Below are positions 45,269-59,391 of a stretch of 64,000 nt of DNA, one piece after another (positions within the stretch are counted from its first letter, which is position 1; every line of letters begins with the position of its first letter). Made by a program: the position numbers and the translations under genes. The notes under the pieces were generated by a model that did no database searches, was not told where the DNA came from, and saw only the letters and a program-made list of their open reading frames with translations. Origin of the DNA: Eledone cirrhosa (taxonomy: Eukaryota); the NCBI GenBank assembly GCA_964016885.1, contig OZ024754.1, positions 3,844,001 through 3,908,000 on the forward strand, written 5' to 3'.

Positions 45269-45272
<4 letters not shown>

Positions 45273-45561
45273 AAGTTTTATTTAAATTGTTGGGTTACAA
45301 CGAGTAAATATTTATAACTGATATGAAAGCACTCAACAAGTATTTGGAGTATATTTACTGTCCCTAACATTTTTCACTACCAAATCAACTTTTTAAATGG
45401 AAGTTGAAGTTGAAAGGTATGTCAAATCTATCTATTTATAAGACTGTTTATATTGTATTTTGTCTGAAGAAGGCATAACATATTTTTAATATGATATCCC
45501 TGAAATATATATAATGAAATAAATATGGTTTTATAAATATAGTTTCCATTTATTTAATATC

Positions 45562-45562
<1 letters not shown>
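45269..45562 (+). mobile_element. Family C element (~295 bp) in (TA)n, with HHR at 45457-45520
   Basis: attttgt-CTGAAGA-aggcata...tatccct-GAAA-tatata-TA-atgaaat, overlapping AATAAA. TA tracts on both sides. Homologous to ~700-952, 14102-14206, 39914-40082, 60265-60326 and ~61700-61757. Confidence 0.82.
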
Positions 45563-45624
<62 letters not shown>

Positions 45625-45631
<7 letters not shown>

Positions 45632-45908
45632 AAAAAAGATGAAATCGAAAATGCAACTGGAGTCTTCTTAAGAATATTTATTTGTTTTCTTTACCAGTTT
45701 CACAGTTCTTATGGTTTTCAAAAGTAGAATTGAAACCCTCCATCTCAATTCTAATTTTGAAAAGCATAAGAACTGTGAAGCCGGTAAAGCAAACAAACAC
45801 ATATTCTTAAGAAGACTCCAGTTGCATTTTCGATTTCATCATTTTTCCTTATACTTTCACTCGTGTAGGACATCTCGTTTTTCATTTTGAAAAAAAAACC
45901 CTCATTTT

Positions 45909-45910
<2 letters not shown>
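45625..45910 (+). mobile_element. Family H fold-back element (~109-bp arms plus tail)
   Basis: Arms 45625-45733 / 45745-45853. They contain tgtGAA(A/G)c(c/t)ggTAaag, the HHR 3' half with CCGG loop also seen at 45151-45164. Confidence 0.75.
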
Positions 45911-45993
<83 letters not shown>

Positions 45994-46036
45994 TTAAGTC
46001 TTTTCCACAATGCTTCAAGCAAACTTCAATACTCTC

Positions 46037-46100
<64 letters not shown>

Positions 46101-46109
46101 GTATGTATG

Positions 46110-46200
<91 letters not shown>

Positions 46201-46245
46201 CTTTAAGTCGTTTCCACAATGCTTCAAGCAAACTTCAATACTCTC

Positions 46246-46426
<181 letters not shown>

Positions 46427-46973
46427 CATATATATATATATATATATGTATGTATATATATATATATTAGTTTCAACAGTTACATAAAACAGGTTTCGTT
46501 GAATTCTGGGCACCAACTCATTCAACCTGTCATATATATAGCCGCGTGTTATAATATATGAAACACACCCTCTTGAATCAAACTGTGAGTTTTACATTTT
46601 TAACACATTAAACTGACCAGTATTCAGCCGTCATCAGAGAAAACGGAACGAGGCTATCGTAAAAGTATTTATAATATATATAGTAAGCGTTAAAAGGGTG
46701 CCAGAAAGTAATCAAAGTAGCTGAAACTTCAATAAACCTTTTATGTTGATATTTAATTACTTTTTAATGTTAATTTTGAGTACTAAAACCCTATGTAAGA
46801 GACTTCTCGAATTTTCGGCTTCCTTCGTTAATTTCCGGCACCACTTCTTCATATGTTTCTATATGCTTAGCACATTCTTTTTACCATAGACTAGTTAGGG
46901 TTTCTGGTGGCGACAGCAGAACATCAGCCAGTGTTTCTGTTGATTTGATACCAGAAAGTTTATGTCCAAAGAT

Positions 46974-46974
46974 A

Positions 46975-47013
<39 letters not shown>

Positions 47014-47091
47014 AGCTGCTGCTGCTGCTGCTGCTGCTGTTACTACTAGTATTACTACTGCTACTGCTGCTACTCCTACCACTGCTGCTGT

Positions 47092-47129
<38 letters not shown>

Positions 47130-47131
47130 TA

Positions 47132-47196
<65 letters not shown>

Positions 47197-47230
47197 GTCT
47201 GTTGCTGCTGCTGCTGCTGTTGCTACTACT
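46974..47230. repeat. (TAC)n/(TGC)n trinucleotide array
   Basis: Directly visible. Also (TAG)n ~59034-59105, (GATA)n ~33088-33178 and (TATG)n ~29265-29368. Confidence 0.95.
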
Positions 47231-47339
47231 AAATCAGTCGCTCGCAATCGAATATGATTATGTGACATACTTTTGATAATGTTTGTAAATGCGGTTGCAG
47301 TCACGAGTAAGCTGTGACACTACTAGAGCATCTCTTCAT

Positions 47340-48355
47340 TCATTGAGCCTAACTTCAAGGATGACACAGCTGGGAGAAGAGAGGGTTGCACCAGCTGATA
47401 CTTTCCTCTATTGACCCCAAAATGCTGAAAGGTAAATTGGATTTTGGCGAGTTTTGAACTAAAAACGCAGAGACCCGGAACAGACATCCAACGATCTAAC
47501 AAGTTTTCCAAATCGATTTATTGAATATATTGAAAATCCGCGGTGCTAAATGTCCTCTGATTAAAGTATCCAATGTTTCAAAAAAAACCTTTCAACTTCT
47601 CCTAAACCAACATTCGCTCCTTCTTCTATCCTCAGATATTATGCCGATTGCTTCGATTTTTTTAAACTAATAAATCCACCCGTTATTGTCTTAGAAGTTT
47701 CTCTTATATTCCTCTCATATTCTTTCCTTCAATGTTTCGAATATAGCCTTAGCATCAATTGCTAATAGATTTCTTTTTTTAATCACCATTGAATGCATGA
47801 TGTTCGAACAGTTTACAAGATCTTAGTAACAGTAGATATCGTTAAATTGGACAATTGTGTATTACGAGCAATAGAATTTAATATACAGCTGAATATAATA
47901 TAGAAATGAAGTCATTTTTTTACGTTCTGAGTTCAAATCCCGCCTTACAATGTCGTTAAAATAAAGTACCAGTAATTCACTGCCGTTGATATAATCGTTT
48001 TTCTTCTTCCCCTTCAAAATGCTTTGCACTATTTAAAATCTTTGCACTATTCAAAATGCTTTGCATCTTCTGGCTCGCTGCACTCTGAGTTCAAATTTTG
48101 CCCAGGTCAAATTTAGGGTTCATTATTCAATGATCAATAAAATAATGTAGCAGTTAAGTATTTGAAGTGATACGATCAACTTTCATTGGTACCTAAATTG
48201 ATGGCCTTTTCACTACGTTAGGAAAAACTAGTATTAGAAATATATAACAGATTACTCAGACGTTCAACGTTAAATTGGATAGTGGTTAAGTACTCAGCCT
48301 TCCCCCATTTTTATTCTCTATCAATACATGTGAGTGAGTGCATTTATATACACAT

Positions 48356-48450
<95 letters not shown>

Positions 48451-49500
48451 CATAACGACCTATTTACATTGAATTACAAAGCAAATGAAAGAGTCGATGG
48501 AATGATTCACATATGTAGAGATGAAAAGGAGCAGGAGGGACAGTAAAACAGTGTGTTTAATGAGGTCATACGTCTTAGAAAAGACTTCTTTTGTTACTGA
48601 CATTTACGAAAGTGCGGCGAATGCATTACAATGCAATAAAATCCTTTGCGACCGACTTAGCTCTGAGCTACGTCCTATATTTCATAGGGTCATTTAGATG
48701 CGTGACTCTCCTCTGATAACTTGCAAACTATTCACCAAGAGTGTTGCCACCCGCTGACAGATACATGACACTGTTGTAAAACTGGCTAATTCATCCATCT
48801 CTCTTAATTGTGTTTATGAATAAATGAAAGGTTTCTCTCTGTCCGAGTGACCTGAATCTCAGTTCTTTCGTCCAGTCACCTAGATATGTTTCTGCCTTTC
48901 ACAACTCAGCACAAGTGATATCACTACTACTACAAGCCATATCAGCTTCATGTAACATCACTGCTGCAACTACTATCAAAATGATGAAAGTCGGTGAAGT
49001 TGCAAAGTCGTTCTGGCGGTGGATTAAAAGATGACTCAGTAAATGTTTCGGTTGAAGAGTCTCTGAGTTCAGATCCCGCTGAGATCAACGTTGGATTTTC
49101 TCATTTAGAGATCGATAAATAAACTACTAGTCTTGTATCATGCTCGATTGTTGTCCCTTTATGTCTCCCCTCTTACTTGTGTGCCACCATGAATAGAAAT
49201 AGACCTCGTCATCTTTCAAATACTAATGACGGCGCATCTGCGACTCCATATTGAGTTAAGTTGTTTCTCATTCTCTAACTTACAATGAAGAGCAATAGTA
49301 ACTACAAAGATACTGTTCAATAAATCTGAGGGATGCGGAATGTTGATTAAATCGACACCAGTGCGATACTGGTACTTTATTTTATCGACCCAGTATGGAT
49401 GAAAGATAAAACTAATCTCGGCGCAATTAGAACTTAGACGGTAAATGGAGGTAACTATATTCCGAAAAAGCCTATTGTCCGACATTCTAACTATATTGCC
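47340..49500. mobile_element. Cluster of old diverged SINE-A-like copies (~47340-47500 -, 47920-48000 +, 48080-48200 +, 49010-49140 +, 49340-49500 -)
   Basis: Recognisable ctgagttca(a/g)atcccgc and ataaagtaccag / ctggtactttattttatcgaccc segments. Confidence 0.6.
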
Positions 49501-49818
49501 AAACCAGAGCACTTCATAAAAGAGAGTACAACAAGAAGGCAAGAGAGCGCTCGAATATAATATCGGACTTCACTGAATTGCAACGAATCCGTTCATGTGA
49601 AATATAACAAGAATATTTGATCTAAACAAACAAGCAAAGGTCTCAAGTGCATGATAAGATCCAACATATCTGGTTATATATTTAACAGGAAGGCATAAGT
49701 CGTAAGCAGAGATGTTTAATAAGATATGGATAAAGCCGGAAATAACACCTGATTGTCTCAATGAAGAGGAAAAGAACTTAACACCAAAGATTAATGATAT
49801 AGTAGACATAAAACAGTA

Positions 49819-50120
49819 AAGACGCGTGGCTTTGTAGTTAGAGTGCAGGACTCACGCTTGTAAGATAACGAGTACGATTCCTGGAGTGGGTGGTGTCTTG
49901 TTTCCTTGATTATTTCATTTTAATTCAAGTTGTTCTAGTTCCCTTAGTTTGAAAGAATAGTTTTCGTAGACACTGGCATGAAGTTATAGTGGCATCTAAC
50001 TTTACGTTGGATATTACAGGTGTTGTGAGGACGACATGTAATGCATGCGAGACTGTTAATGTTCGCCAGAACCCATCTAGGCCTGTCCCTCAGTGATGGA
50101 TATCCATAGTCAGCCATGGG
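49819..50120 (+). mobile_element. SINE-B-like diverged copy
   Basis: aagacgcgtggctttgtagttagagtg...gagtacgattcctgg...tgtttccttga. Further diverged copies at ~9690-9830 (-) and ~34940-35040 (+). Confidence 0.55.
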
Positions 50121-50265
50121 TTCGGAACTCATGGCCAGTCAAAACTGAAAGGGGCTCATACGTTTTTAGGCCAAAAATACGTAGCATATATATATCACAG
50201 TGAGATATTATATATCTCTCCGACTTTATACATATGTATATACATACATACATATATATATATAT

Positions 50266-50466
50266 AACAAAGGAATTGTGGTAAGGAACCAGATGGACCA
50301 TAACGCACCAGAGTACTCAATACTTAGAGTAGTAGGGTGGGAAATAGGAAAAAGTATGAGCTCGACGGCAGAGCTCAAGCCGTTTCGACGGCTATTTCTG
50401 GACTAAATTAGAATTTTTAACCAGGCTAAAACGGCTTGAGCTCTGCCGTCGGGGTCATACTTATTC
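50266..50466 (-). mobile_element. Family D fold-back element (subfamily variant)
   Basis: gtggtaaggaaccagatggaccataacgcacc...gagctcaagccgtttcgacggct, then the inverted arm aaacggcttgagctctgccgtcgggg. Confidence 0.78.
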
Positions 50467-50491
50467 TTCGCTTTCTCTATATATATATATA

Positions 50492-50571
50492 TTGACTTTG
50501 TTAGTTTCAGAAGATCCCGTTAAGGGTGAAAGCAGCTATTGTTTGCTTAAACTTTAATCTGTTATTTTAAT
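50492..50571 (+). ncRNA. Family E element with variant HHR (CAGAAGA core) at 50503-50553
   Basis: agttt-CAGAAGA-tccc(gttaa)gggt-GAAA-gca(gctattgtt)tgc-TT-aaact. Confidence 0.7.
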
Positions 50572-50577
50572 TTAAAA

Positions 50578-50648
<71 letters not shown>

Positions 50649-50649
50649 A

Positions 50650-50747
50650 TAAGTTATTGCGGGTTGAATCGAGGGTAACCACAGTAAGGAAGGTATTATG
50701 ATTTCTCACGAATGAATTAGTTCTAGTCCTGTAGAAGCTTTTCTATA

Positions 50748-50752
<5 letters not shown>
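50650..50752. mobile_element. Family B rearranged fragment (tail on minus, HHR 3' half on plus)
   Basis: cgggttgaatcgagggtaaccacagtaag, then atgatttctcacgaatgaattagttctagtcctgtagaagc. Confidence 0.65.
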
Positions 50753-50780
<28 letters not shown>

Positions 50781-50782
<2 letters not shown>

Positions 50783-50996
50783 CGAAGGAAATATGGTAAG
50801 GAACCAGGTGGACCATAACGCACCAAAGTACTCAATACTTAGGGTAATAGAGTGGGTAATAGGAACGAGTAGGACCCCGACGGCTGAGCTCAAGCCGTTT
50901 CGACGGCTAATTCTGGACTAAAAAAAAAAATTTTTTTTTTAGTCCAGAATTAGCCGTCGAAACGGCTTGAGCTCAGCCGTCGGGGTCCTACTCGTT

Positions 50997-51000
<4 letters not shown>
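50781..51000 (-). mobile_element. Family D fold-back element, perfect arms with poly(A)/poly(T) apex
   Basis: taggaacgagtaggacccc...ggactA(n)T(n)agtcc...ggggtcctactcgttccta. Confidence 0.85.
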
Positions 51001-51081
<81 letters not shown>

Positions 51082-51168
51082 CGTATAAAATGTTCAGTAA
51101 GTCTATAGGCTTGTTTGTGTCTGGCTGGTTGGTCTTCAGATTCGATGTGATTTCTGTTGTGTTAACAC

Positions 51169-51255
51169 TGGTTTGAGGAAGAGGCAGATTTGGAGTCTGA
51201 TCTTGGGTGATGACCCCAGATCACGAGCCATCTGCCTGGGAAACATTTGTATCTG
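51169..51255 (+). ncRNA. Second, decayed copy of family I HHR
   Basis: tggt-TTGAGGA-agaggcagat...atctgcctgg-GAAA-catttg-TA-tctg. Homologous to 11834-11920, with C3>T and a weakened stem I. Confidence 0.65.
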
Positions 51256-51966
51256 AGTTAAGCAATAAATCTCATATGTAACACCTACTTTTATTCGTAT
51301 TATATACATATAGATATCATATCGGCAATCATTCGTAATCGAGTATGTATGTATTAGTGTTAGAGTTGTCTTCTTTCAAATTATTATATGGGAACAATAT
51401 TGAAATTCCATCAAAGGTATTTCACTCTTTCATGAGGTTGTTGATAAAAATCAAGGGCCCAACCACGAAAGCATTTATTGAAGAATATATTTGGCAATAC
51501 TGGAGTCGTATATCTTGCTCCGTTTTTTTCTTTTTATCTCCCTCCTTCTTCTTGTTCCCCTCTTCACTAAAAACAGTACATAGAATGATATGGGAAAGAA
51601 TATATATTGAAACAATTACAGGCGGTGACAATTCATGAAAAAAATATCAGAAAGTAATTTCTCACTTCTAGGATGACAATATAGTGTAAAGACGAGGTTA
51701 AGGTTACAGAAACCTGTGGTGGTAGATAGAAAAACCGCAACAGAATCTATTAAAGAAGCACAAATTAAACAGACAATTGTGTACATATGTTACAGTAACA
51801 TGTCATTTCATTGGCAAGAAATATCGTTTCACGGCCAGTATTTGACAAGACTAAATAACACAGATGAAGTAAAAATCGCAACACTTGCTGAGAAGCTCGA
51901 AGTCAAAACGGAAAGTAGTTTTTGTTTCTGTATTTCGGCACACAACCAAGGTCTTTAAAAAAGTAA

Positions 51967-52026
<60 letters not shown>

Positions 52027-52117
52027 AGAATAAAAAAAAACAAGACCTCAGAATATGTGGAGACTGGGAAAAAATCAATCACGTTTTTTTTACCTTTCAG
52101 CTGACAAGTGTTAGCAC

Positions 52118-52155
<38 letters not shown>

Positions 52156-52156
52156 C

Positions 52157-52202
<46 letters not shown>

Positions 52203-52730
52203 TGGGGGGGGGGGGAAACAAATATACATATAGTTAGATAGATAGTTAACATGGCGTATATGTGGGCTTTACTTTATATGCTAGCTTTATGAAGTGTCAT
52301 GAGAAAAAATGATGGAATAAACGACATAACTCTAGTTGCCCCGGAATGAGAAAGTGACCGTATTCTGGGACATGAGGATTCATACAGATTAAAGAAGAAT
52401 CGATCATGTATTATTGCTAAATTTATTCTAATCGATCTATCATGTCGAAGAAAATAAAAATTCACACAAACTCGAAAAGGAACGTAGAAGTTTTCTAAAT
52501 AAAGATGATCTCGAAATAGTTGTACCCGGAATGTATGAATAAGAATAGAAACATAGCCGAAGAAAGAGAAACAAAACACAGAAACAATGATAATGATAAC
52601 AGATCTGCTGCCCAGAGCATCACATTGCTGACATACAGAATACTAGGAACAGGACGATAAAAAATCTTTTTGCATTTAAAAAAAAACGTGATACCATTTA
52701 TGGAACAAAAATGTGAAAAAAAAAACAATA

Positions 52731-52910
52731 ATAATTGTTTCTACTTTAGGCACAAGGCCAGCAAAGAACCAGTGCATTACTGGTTCTTTATTTTATCGAC
52801 CCCGAAAGGATGAAAGGCAAAGTCAACCTCGGCGGGATTTGAACCCCAGATCGTAAAGGGACGTAACTATGCTGGAAAGCATGGTGTCCGACCCTCAACC
52901 GACACTGCCC
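52731..52910 (-). mobile_element. SINE-A
   Basis: Reverse complement of head, core and tail. Confidence 0.85.
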
Positions 52911-53451
52911 CCCAATAGGCGGAACATTTCCGAGGGTGTCTTATGGAGAAAGGTCTCAAAACCCCACGGTAAACGTGATGGCTAGAACCAATGCGCCTCG
53001 TCCACGTGTTTCCTCTTTCAATCTACTGCCACATATTTTAGAGGTGGCGTCGTTATTTATTTGCGGTGCTTTGCCATCACAAACCTATGGAGACCATCCC
53101 ACCTTCATCCGATTTCTTGCAGAGAATGAGAAAAGTTGTGAGAGAACGGAAGTTCGAAAGAAAGGCATATCGAGGAAGAAACGACCACTGTAGAGGACAG
53201 TTTCGTTTTTCTTGACATCGAATAAATGGAAATCAAATGGTTAACTTTGAGAGTGGGACCGAATGACATAAAGCATTACACCCAAATATCCAACGATTCC
53301 GTCAATTCCCCACATTAAAACATTATTTAAATTTTGACCAAATTATTATACACAACAAATATGATTGAAAGGAAAATATTTTACATTACTTTATCTATTC
53401 ATATATACATACTCGTATATATATATTTATTGAGTGAGTGTGAAAGGCCAA

Positions 53452-53505
53452 AGGTCATTATTGAAAGTCTGTGGATTTCGCAAAATAGATTTTTTTATTT
53501 ATTTT

Positions 53506-53536
<31 letters not shown>

Positions 53537-54183
53537 GTAAGATATTTTTCGCAAAAATTTGATTGTTCTGTTTTGTGTGGAATAAATGAGGTGGAACAGA
53601 AATGAAACATGGATTACAGGTTAAAATGTAGTCTAGATAGACGAGAAAGAAAACGAGGAACAATAACATTAAGAAAGGCATGAACGACCGCACAACACTC
53701 TGTTTTGAAAATTTTGAAAGTAGGTTTATAAGTATGAATCTTAATAAGATTTTCGTAGTTGTCTCTGTGGTCTAGTAGTAAGTACTAGAGACGGTGGAGA
53801 TCCTGGTCTTGGGTTCAATCCTAGTCAAGTAAACTTTTTCAGTTTATATTTTGCAACCCATAGAAAAATACGGAAAAAGGTTTACTGAGAACCCTACACC
53901 CGACCAGGATCGAACTTCGAACCAGGATCACCACCGTCTATGATTCCTCCAACTAGGCCACCGAGACAGCTACAGAAGTATAATGTAAATTGATAATTAT
54001 AAACCTACTTTCAAAATCAAAGTTAAAAAGAGGTGGTGACGTTCATGGCTTTCCTAGAGCTATTAGTAATATTTAGGGTCGACTTCTGGTCATTATTGAT
54101 TTCGCAAAATACATAATATATTTTATTGCAGAAGGTAAGATATTTTTCGGCAAAAATTTGATTGCACTCTTTTGTTTCCACTT
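53452..54183. repeat. Composite direct plus inverted repeat containing two convergent tRNA-like heads
   Basis: DR ggtaagatatttttc(g)gcaaaaatttgattg at ~53536 and ~54135. IR ttttgaaagtaggtttataa (53712-53731) / ttataaacctactttcaaaa (53997-54016). A/B boxes at 53768-53821 (+) and ~53905-53960 (-). Confidence 0.65.
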
Positions 54184-54245
54184 ATGTATTCTTCGAAAAT
54201 GTCATTTATTCATTATTAAAGTTAAATGATAGCATTCTATATATA

Positions 54246-54300
54246 GGTGGGCCCCCTTCATCTCCGGGCAACCAATATTTTTAGACCCAGTCCGCCACTG
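54246..54300 (-). mobile_element. Possible hAT-type DNA transposon terminus
   Basis: Minus strand starts cagtggcggactggg...ggggcccacc next to TA. No partner end found. Confidence 0.35.
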
Positions 54301-54334
<34 letters not shown>

Positions 54335-54356
54335 GATACATATATCTATCTAACTA

Positions 54357-54448
<92 letters not shown>

Positions 54449-54708
54449 GCCTTTGTGTCGGTTCGTATTTGTATGCCTCTGTCTAATGTGGTATAGGAGA
54501 ATGATCGGTTAATCTTTGGTATGTAACTTCACTTGTCATTTAATGAAATCAAAGTAGATTTAAGAATAGAAAAAAATAAAACCTTTCAATATATGGCATT
54601 AGAGAAGAAATTAAAATAAAATGTAAACAACGGAGTTTGTGAAACACAAAGGCATATTTCTTGAGATAGATATACAGAAATAAGGAAAGTTAGGTTGAGA
54701 GAGGGAGT

Positions 54709-54782
<74 letters not shown>

Positions 54783-55199
54783 CATTGTGAGTATGTCTGC
54801 GTGTATGAATATGCACATGTAAGAGTGCGTGTGTTGTGGAAGCTCGTGTGGGTGTCAGGTTATGTGTGTGTGTATGAGTTTGGGTGTGCGTGAGTTTGCG
54901 TGTGTCAGTGTGTGTGTGTGAAGGAGAGAGTATTTCTAAGCGAGTGTGAGTTTGTGTGTGTGTGTGAGTGTTTCAGTGTGTGGGAGTGTTTCAGTGTGTG
55001 TGTGTGAGTGTTTCAGTGTGTGTGTGTGAGTGTTTCAGTGTGTGTGTGAGTATTTGTGTGTGTGTGTGTGTGTGTCTGAGGGGTGATAACAAACATATAT
55101 AAAAGTATAAAAATATAGAGAAATGTGATAAAATGATAGAATAAATGAAGAAAGTGGAGAAATGTATTGAGAATGAAATTAAAAATAGCAAGGGTGGGG

Positions 55200-55312
55200 A
55201 TGTAAAAGGAGAGATGTTTATAGCGGTGGGGTAGGGGTTGGTGGAGTAAAAAGAGATGTTTATAGCGGTGGGGTGGGGGTTGGTGGAGTAAAAAAGAGAT
55301 GTTTATAGCGGG
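55200..55312 (+). repeat. ~44-bp tandem repeat (about 2.5 units)
   Basis: aaagagatgtttatagcggtgggg..ggggttggtggagta repeated. Confidence 0.8.
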
Positions 55313-55771
55313 TGAAAATATATGCATGTATTTAGCATCAACTATTTGCTTCAAAAGCTGAACAACGTAGGCGGCAGAAATATCTTGTGCGATTATCCAT
55401 ATAATACAATGGGAAGCGAATTGATTATTGTAAAGGCCATGGATAGATTGTCTGGTGGTGCTGGTGGTTGGGGGGGGGGGGGGAGATATGATGAAGTGAC
55501 TGGTCATGGTGATGATGAAGGCGAAGGGGGTGATGATGGTTTTGGTGTTGAGGGTGGTGGTGCTGGAGAGTAGGATGATAATGCATATAAAAAATAGTGA
55601 CTTTAATGGTGATGTAACGAATATTATGATGATATTGCTGCTGCTACTGCTGCTGCTGCTGATGATGATGATGATGGGAATGGTCACGGTTATGTTGATT
55701 ATGATGATGATATTGATGATGAAAATGATGGGAATGATGATGATGATGATGATGACGACGATTCTTGACTA

Positions 55772-55802
<31 letters not shown>

Positions 55803-55898
55803 GATGATGGAGATGATGGGAATGGGGGATGGCGATGACGGAGATATGGAGGCGATGAAGATGATGATGGATGATAATGAAGATGATTATGATATTAA

Positions 55899-56094
55899 TG
55901 GTGGTGTTTGTGCAGTATCAGTAGAGGGTCGGAAAACAGGCTTTGTAGCAGCACAGAGTTACGCCCCTTTCTGATCTGAGTTCAAATCCTGCCGAGGTTA
56001 ACTTTTCCTTTCATCCTTACGGGGGGGTCGATAAAATAAAGTATCAGTAATGCACTGGTGTAATTGCTGGCCTTGTGCCAAAAGTAGAAACAAA
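55899..56094 (+). mobile_element. SINE-A inserted in (GAT)n-rich tract
   Basis: gcagtatcagtagagggtcgg...ctgagttcaaatcctgccgaggttaac...ccttgtgccaaaagtagaaac. Confidence 0.85.
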
Positions 56095-56130
56095 TATGAT
56101 ATTAATGATTGTGACGATGATGATGATGAC

Positions 56131-56169
<39 letters not shown>

Positions 56170-56562
56170 AATGATGGTGTTATTGATGACGAGAATGAGG
56201 ATAATTAGAGAAAGGAGGATGAGGCAGAAGATTCGGAATATCGGAATATGAATATTGCATAGTGTCACTGATGATGTAGTGGCGGCGATGCAATGGTATC
56301 GGTCCGAAGTGGAGGGTGGAAGGTAAGGGTGATAGTAGTGCTAATGATATTAAGAAATTGTGTGTGAGCAAGGTGATGGTGATAGTGGAGGGGTGATATG
56401 AAGAGGATTCAGGTCGGGTGAGAGGGGCTTATGAAAATGCAATAGAACTATAATAAGATTAAAATTAAAGTATTTCAAAGAATTTTGGTGCTTCTCGACC
56501 GAGGAAAAAAAGATAGAAAAGAAAAGAAAAGCAAAGAAAAATGACAATACAAGAAAGGTACA

Positions 56563-56624
<62 letters not shown>

Positions 56625-57051
56625 ATGTGTATATATATATATATTTATATATGAAGGAGAAGTAAATAGAAACACGTAAAAATATAATATATACTTAAAA
56701 TGTAAAAAGACCAAACGAACGACAACGATCAAATAAACAGCGAAAAAGAAATAATTAAAATATAAAAATGGATACCAAAAATATTAATACTGCAGGAGTA
56801 ATGTCAAAATAAACAAAATGTAAATCCGAAATATGAGAATAAAAATTATGGTGAAGAATTTCTATGAATAATTTGTCCAGAATTTTTCTTTTTCTATGAA
56901 TTTTAGGCATTACGATGAAGAGTAGAATTTATAGACAACATCAACAGATTAACAAAATCATTGTTACGCGTGTCTTTAATGCGTGATTCTTTATGACTAC
57001 TTTTTCTCTAGTTACCAAGGATTTGTCAGATGATTAATGGAAGATTATGTA

Positions 57052-57104
<53 letters not shown>

Positions 57105-57312
57105 GTATGCATCTGTTATGCACAGTCCCACTCACATACACACGTTAATGCGTATATACATTTATTAGTGCGTGTGCGCCTTACATACTCAAAAAGAAGT
57201 GACAAGAATTTGTTCTAAATAAAGACAAATATATATATATATTTCTGTGTGTGTATTTATATATATATATATTTATTTGTGTGTGTGTGTGTGTGTGTGT
57301 GTTTGTGTGTGT

Positions 57313-57410
<98 letters not shown>

Positions 57411-57468
57411 ATTTATATATTATGTGGTTGTGAATATCTGTATTAGCGTACAAGCTTGTGTGCGTATG

Positions 57469-57532
<64 letters not shown>

Positions 57533-57688
57533 TTAGCAGGTTGGCAGTCTGATTATGGAGTTTGCTGAGTGTTTCTCGACTGGTTGGAACAATAACGGTC
57601 TTACATATATATATATACGTACGTAATATATACATATATATATATACAGTATATATATATTAATATATAGGAAAAACAAATACTAGGC

Positions 57689-57744
<56 letters not shown>

Positions 57745-57992
57745 GGAGGGTGATACAAGTAGACTTGAGTGTGTATTTATGTATGAGTGTCTGTGTTTAT
57801 TGTGTATACAGAAATAGCTTTTAGAACCATTTCTTATTTCATTAATCCCACTAAATAATTTATGCAGTTTTCAATTTACGTTTTTGATATGTGTATACTT
57901 AAATTTATTCATTTCTTTCTTTACATCCCTATTTAATTGTTTGACCGTCCATTGCCTCGAAATACATACATTTTCACATATATATATACTTA

Positions 57993-58097
<105 letters not shown>

Positions 58098-58799
58098 TCA
58101 TACATACATATATGTAAAGTTGGGTCGAGGAAATCTCTTCTGTGTTTTCTCTTGTTTTATTACGAATATTATTGCTTAATTTTTCTTTTGCGTTTTTCTA
58201 ATTATGATTGTTTCTGCATATATTACTTTTATAATTATTATATAGCTTTTTAATAATTTCTTTCAATCTCCTCCCATATTCCTCAATAGGATTGTGGCAA
58301 ATAGATGTACATTTTGCATGCATTCCTTTATTTGTTTCTATTGAATTTTCTCGGTTAATTTTGGAATTTCTGCTATTATTATTTTTTTCTGCAGAGTGAG
58401 AAAAATATCTCCATGCGAATGAGTGATTTTACGGAGTAGAACGTAACTAGGATTTAAGATGTATCTACAATGGTGCTACAAAATACAGAAGTATTCCTAC
58501 TCAATCACTTACTAACAAGAACTAACAGGCAGATCTCTCCGAAAATACACTGACTTTAAAAATGGAAAGGAGATAATGAATTAATAGAAACCAAATTGGC
58601 CAAACCAACTATATATAAAATGAGAGTTCTAAAGACGTTTAAAAAATTATTAGAACGTAGCGCGATAAGGGTAAACCCGAAGCTAAACAATAATAACGAA
58701 AACAACTAATTGTATTTGTGACTGTTCAGATGCCTCTTTAGCTCTATCTCTAATGTAAAATAAAGGGTTATAGAATACATATCTTAACATAAAATAAAC

Positions 58800-58849
<50 letters not shown>

Positions 58850-59033
58850 TGAAGAAATAATAATAATAATGGCTGTGATGATGATGATGTTGATGATCAT
58901 GATGATAGTATTGAGGATAAACATTCCTTTTGTTGGCCAGAAGGGTCGAAAATGTTAAAACTATAAAAAACAAAGCAAAGGTGAAATAAAATTAAAAATA
59001 AAATTAATAAGAATTATTGTAAGGTGTTGGTTT

Positions 59034-59106
<73 letters not shown>

Positions 59107-59357
59107 TTCATTGTTATTATTATTGAATGGTTAAAGAAAAAATAAACAAACATAATATTATAAGATACAGTTTCCGTTAATATAGCAAAACGCCTAGCGA
59201 TGAAAACGTGACAAAACCATCAAAGAATGTGCAGATGGAGAGGGACAGTCAGAGAGAGAAAGAAAGAGAGAGATAGAGAGGAGAGAGAGAGATAAATAGA
59301 ACGAGGGAGAGAAAGAAAGACATACATATGTAGAGCGAGCGATATATATATATACAT

Positions 59358-59391
<34 letters not shown>

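Noticed and set aside
52915-53200. CCAAT plus CACGTG in a GC-richer patch as a promoter
   Set aside because: Short motifs are expected by chance, and there is no associated gene.
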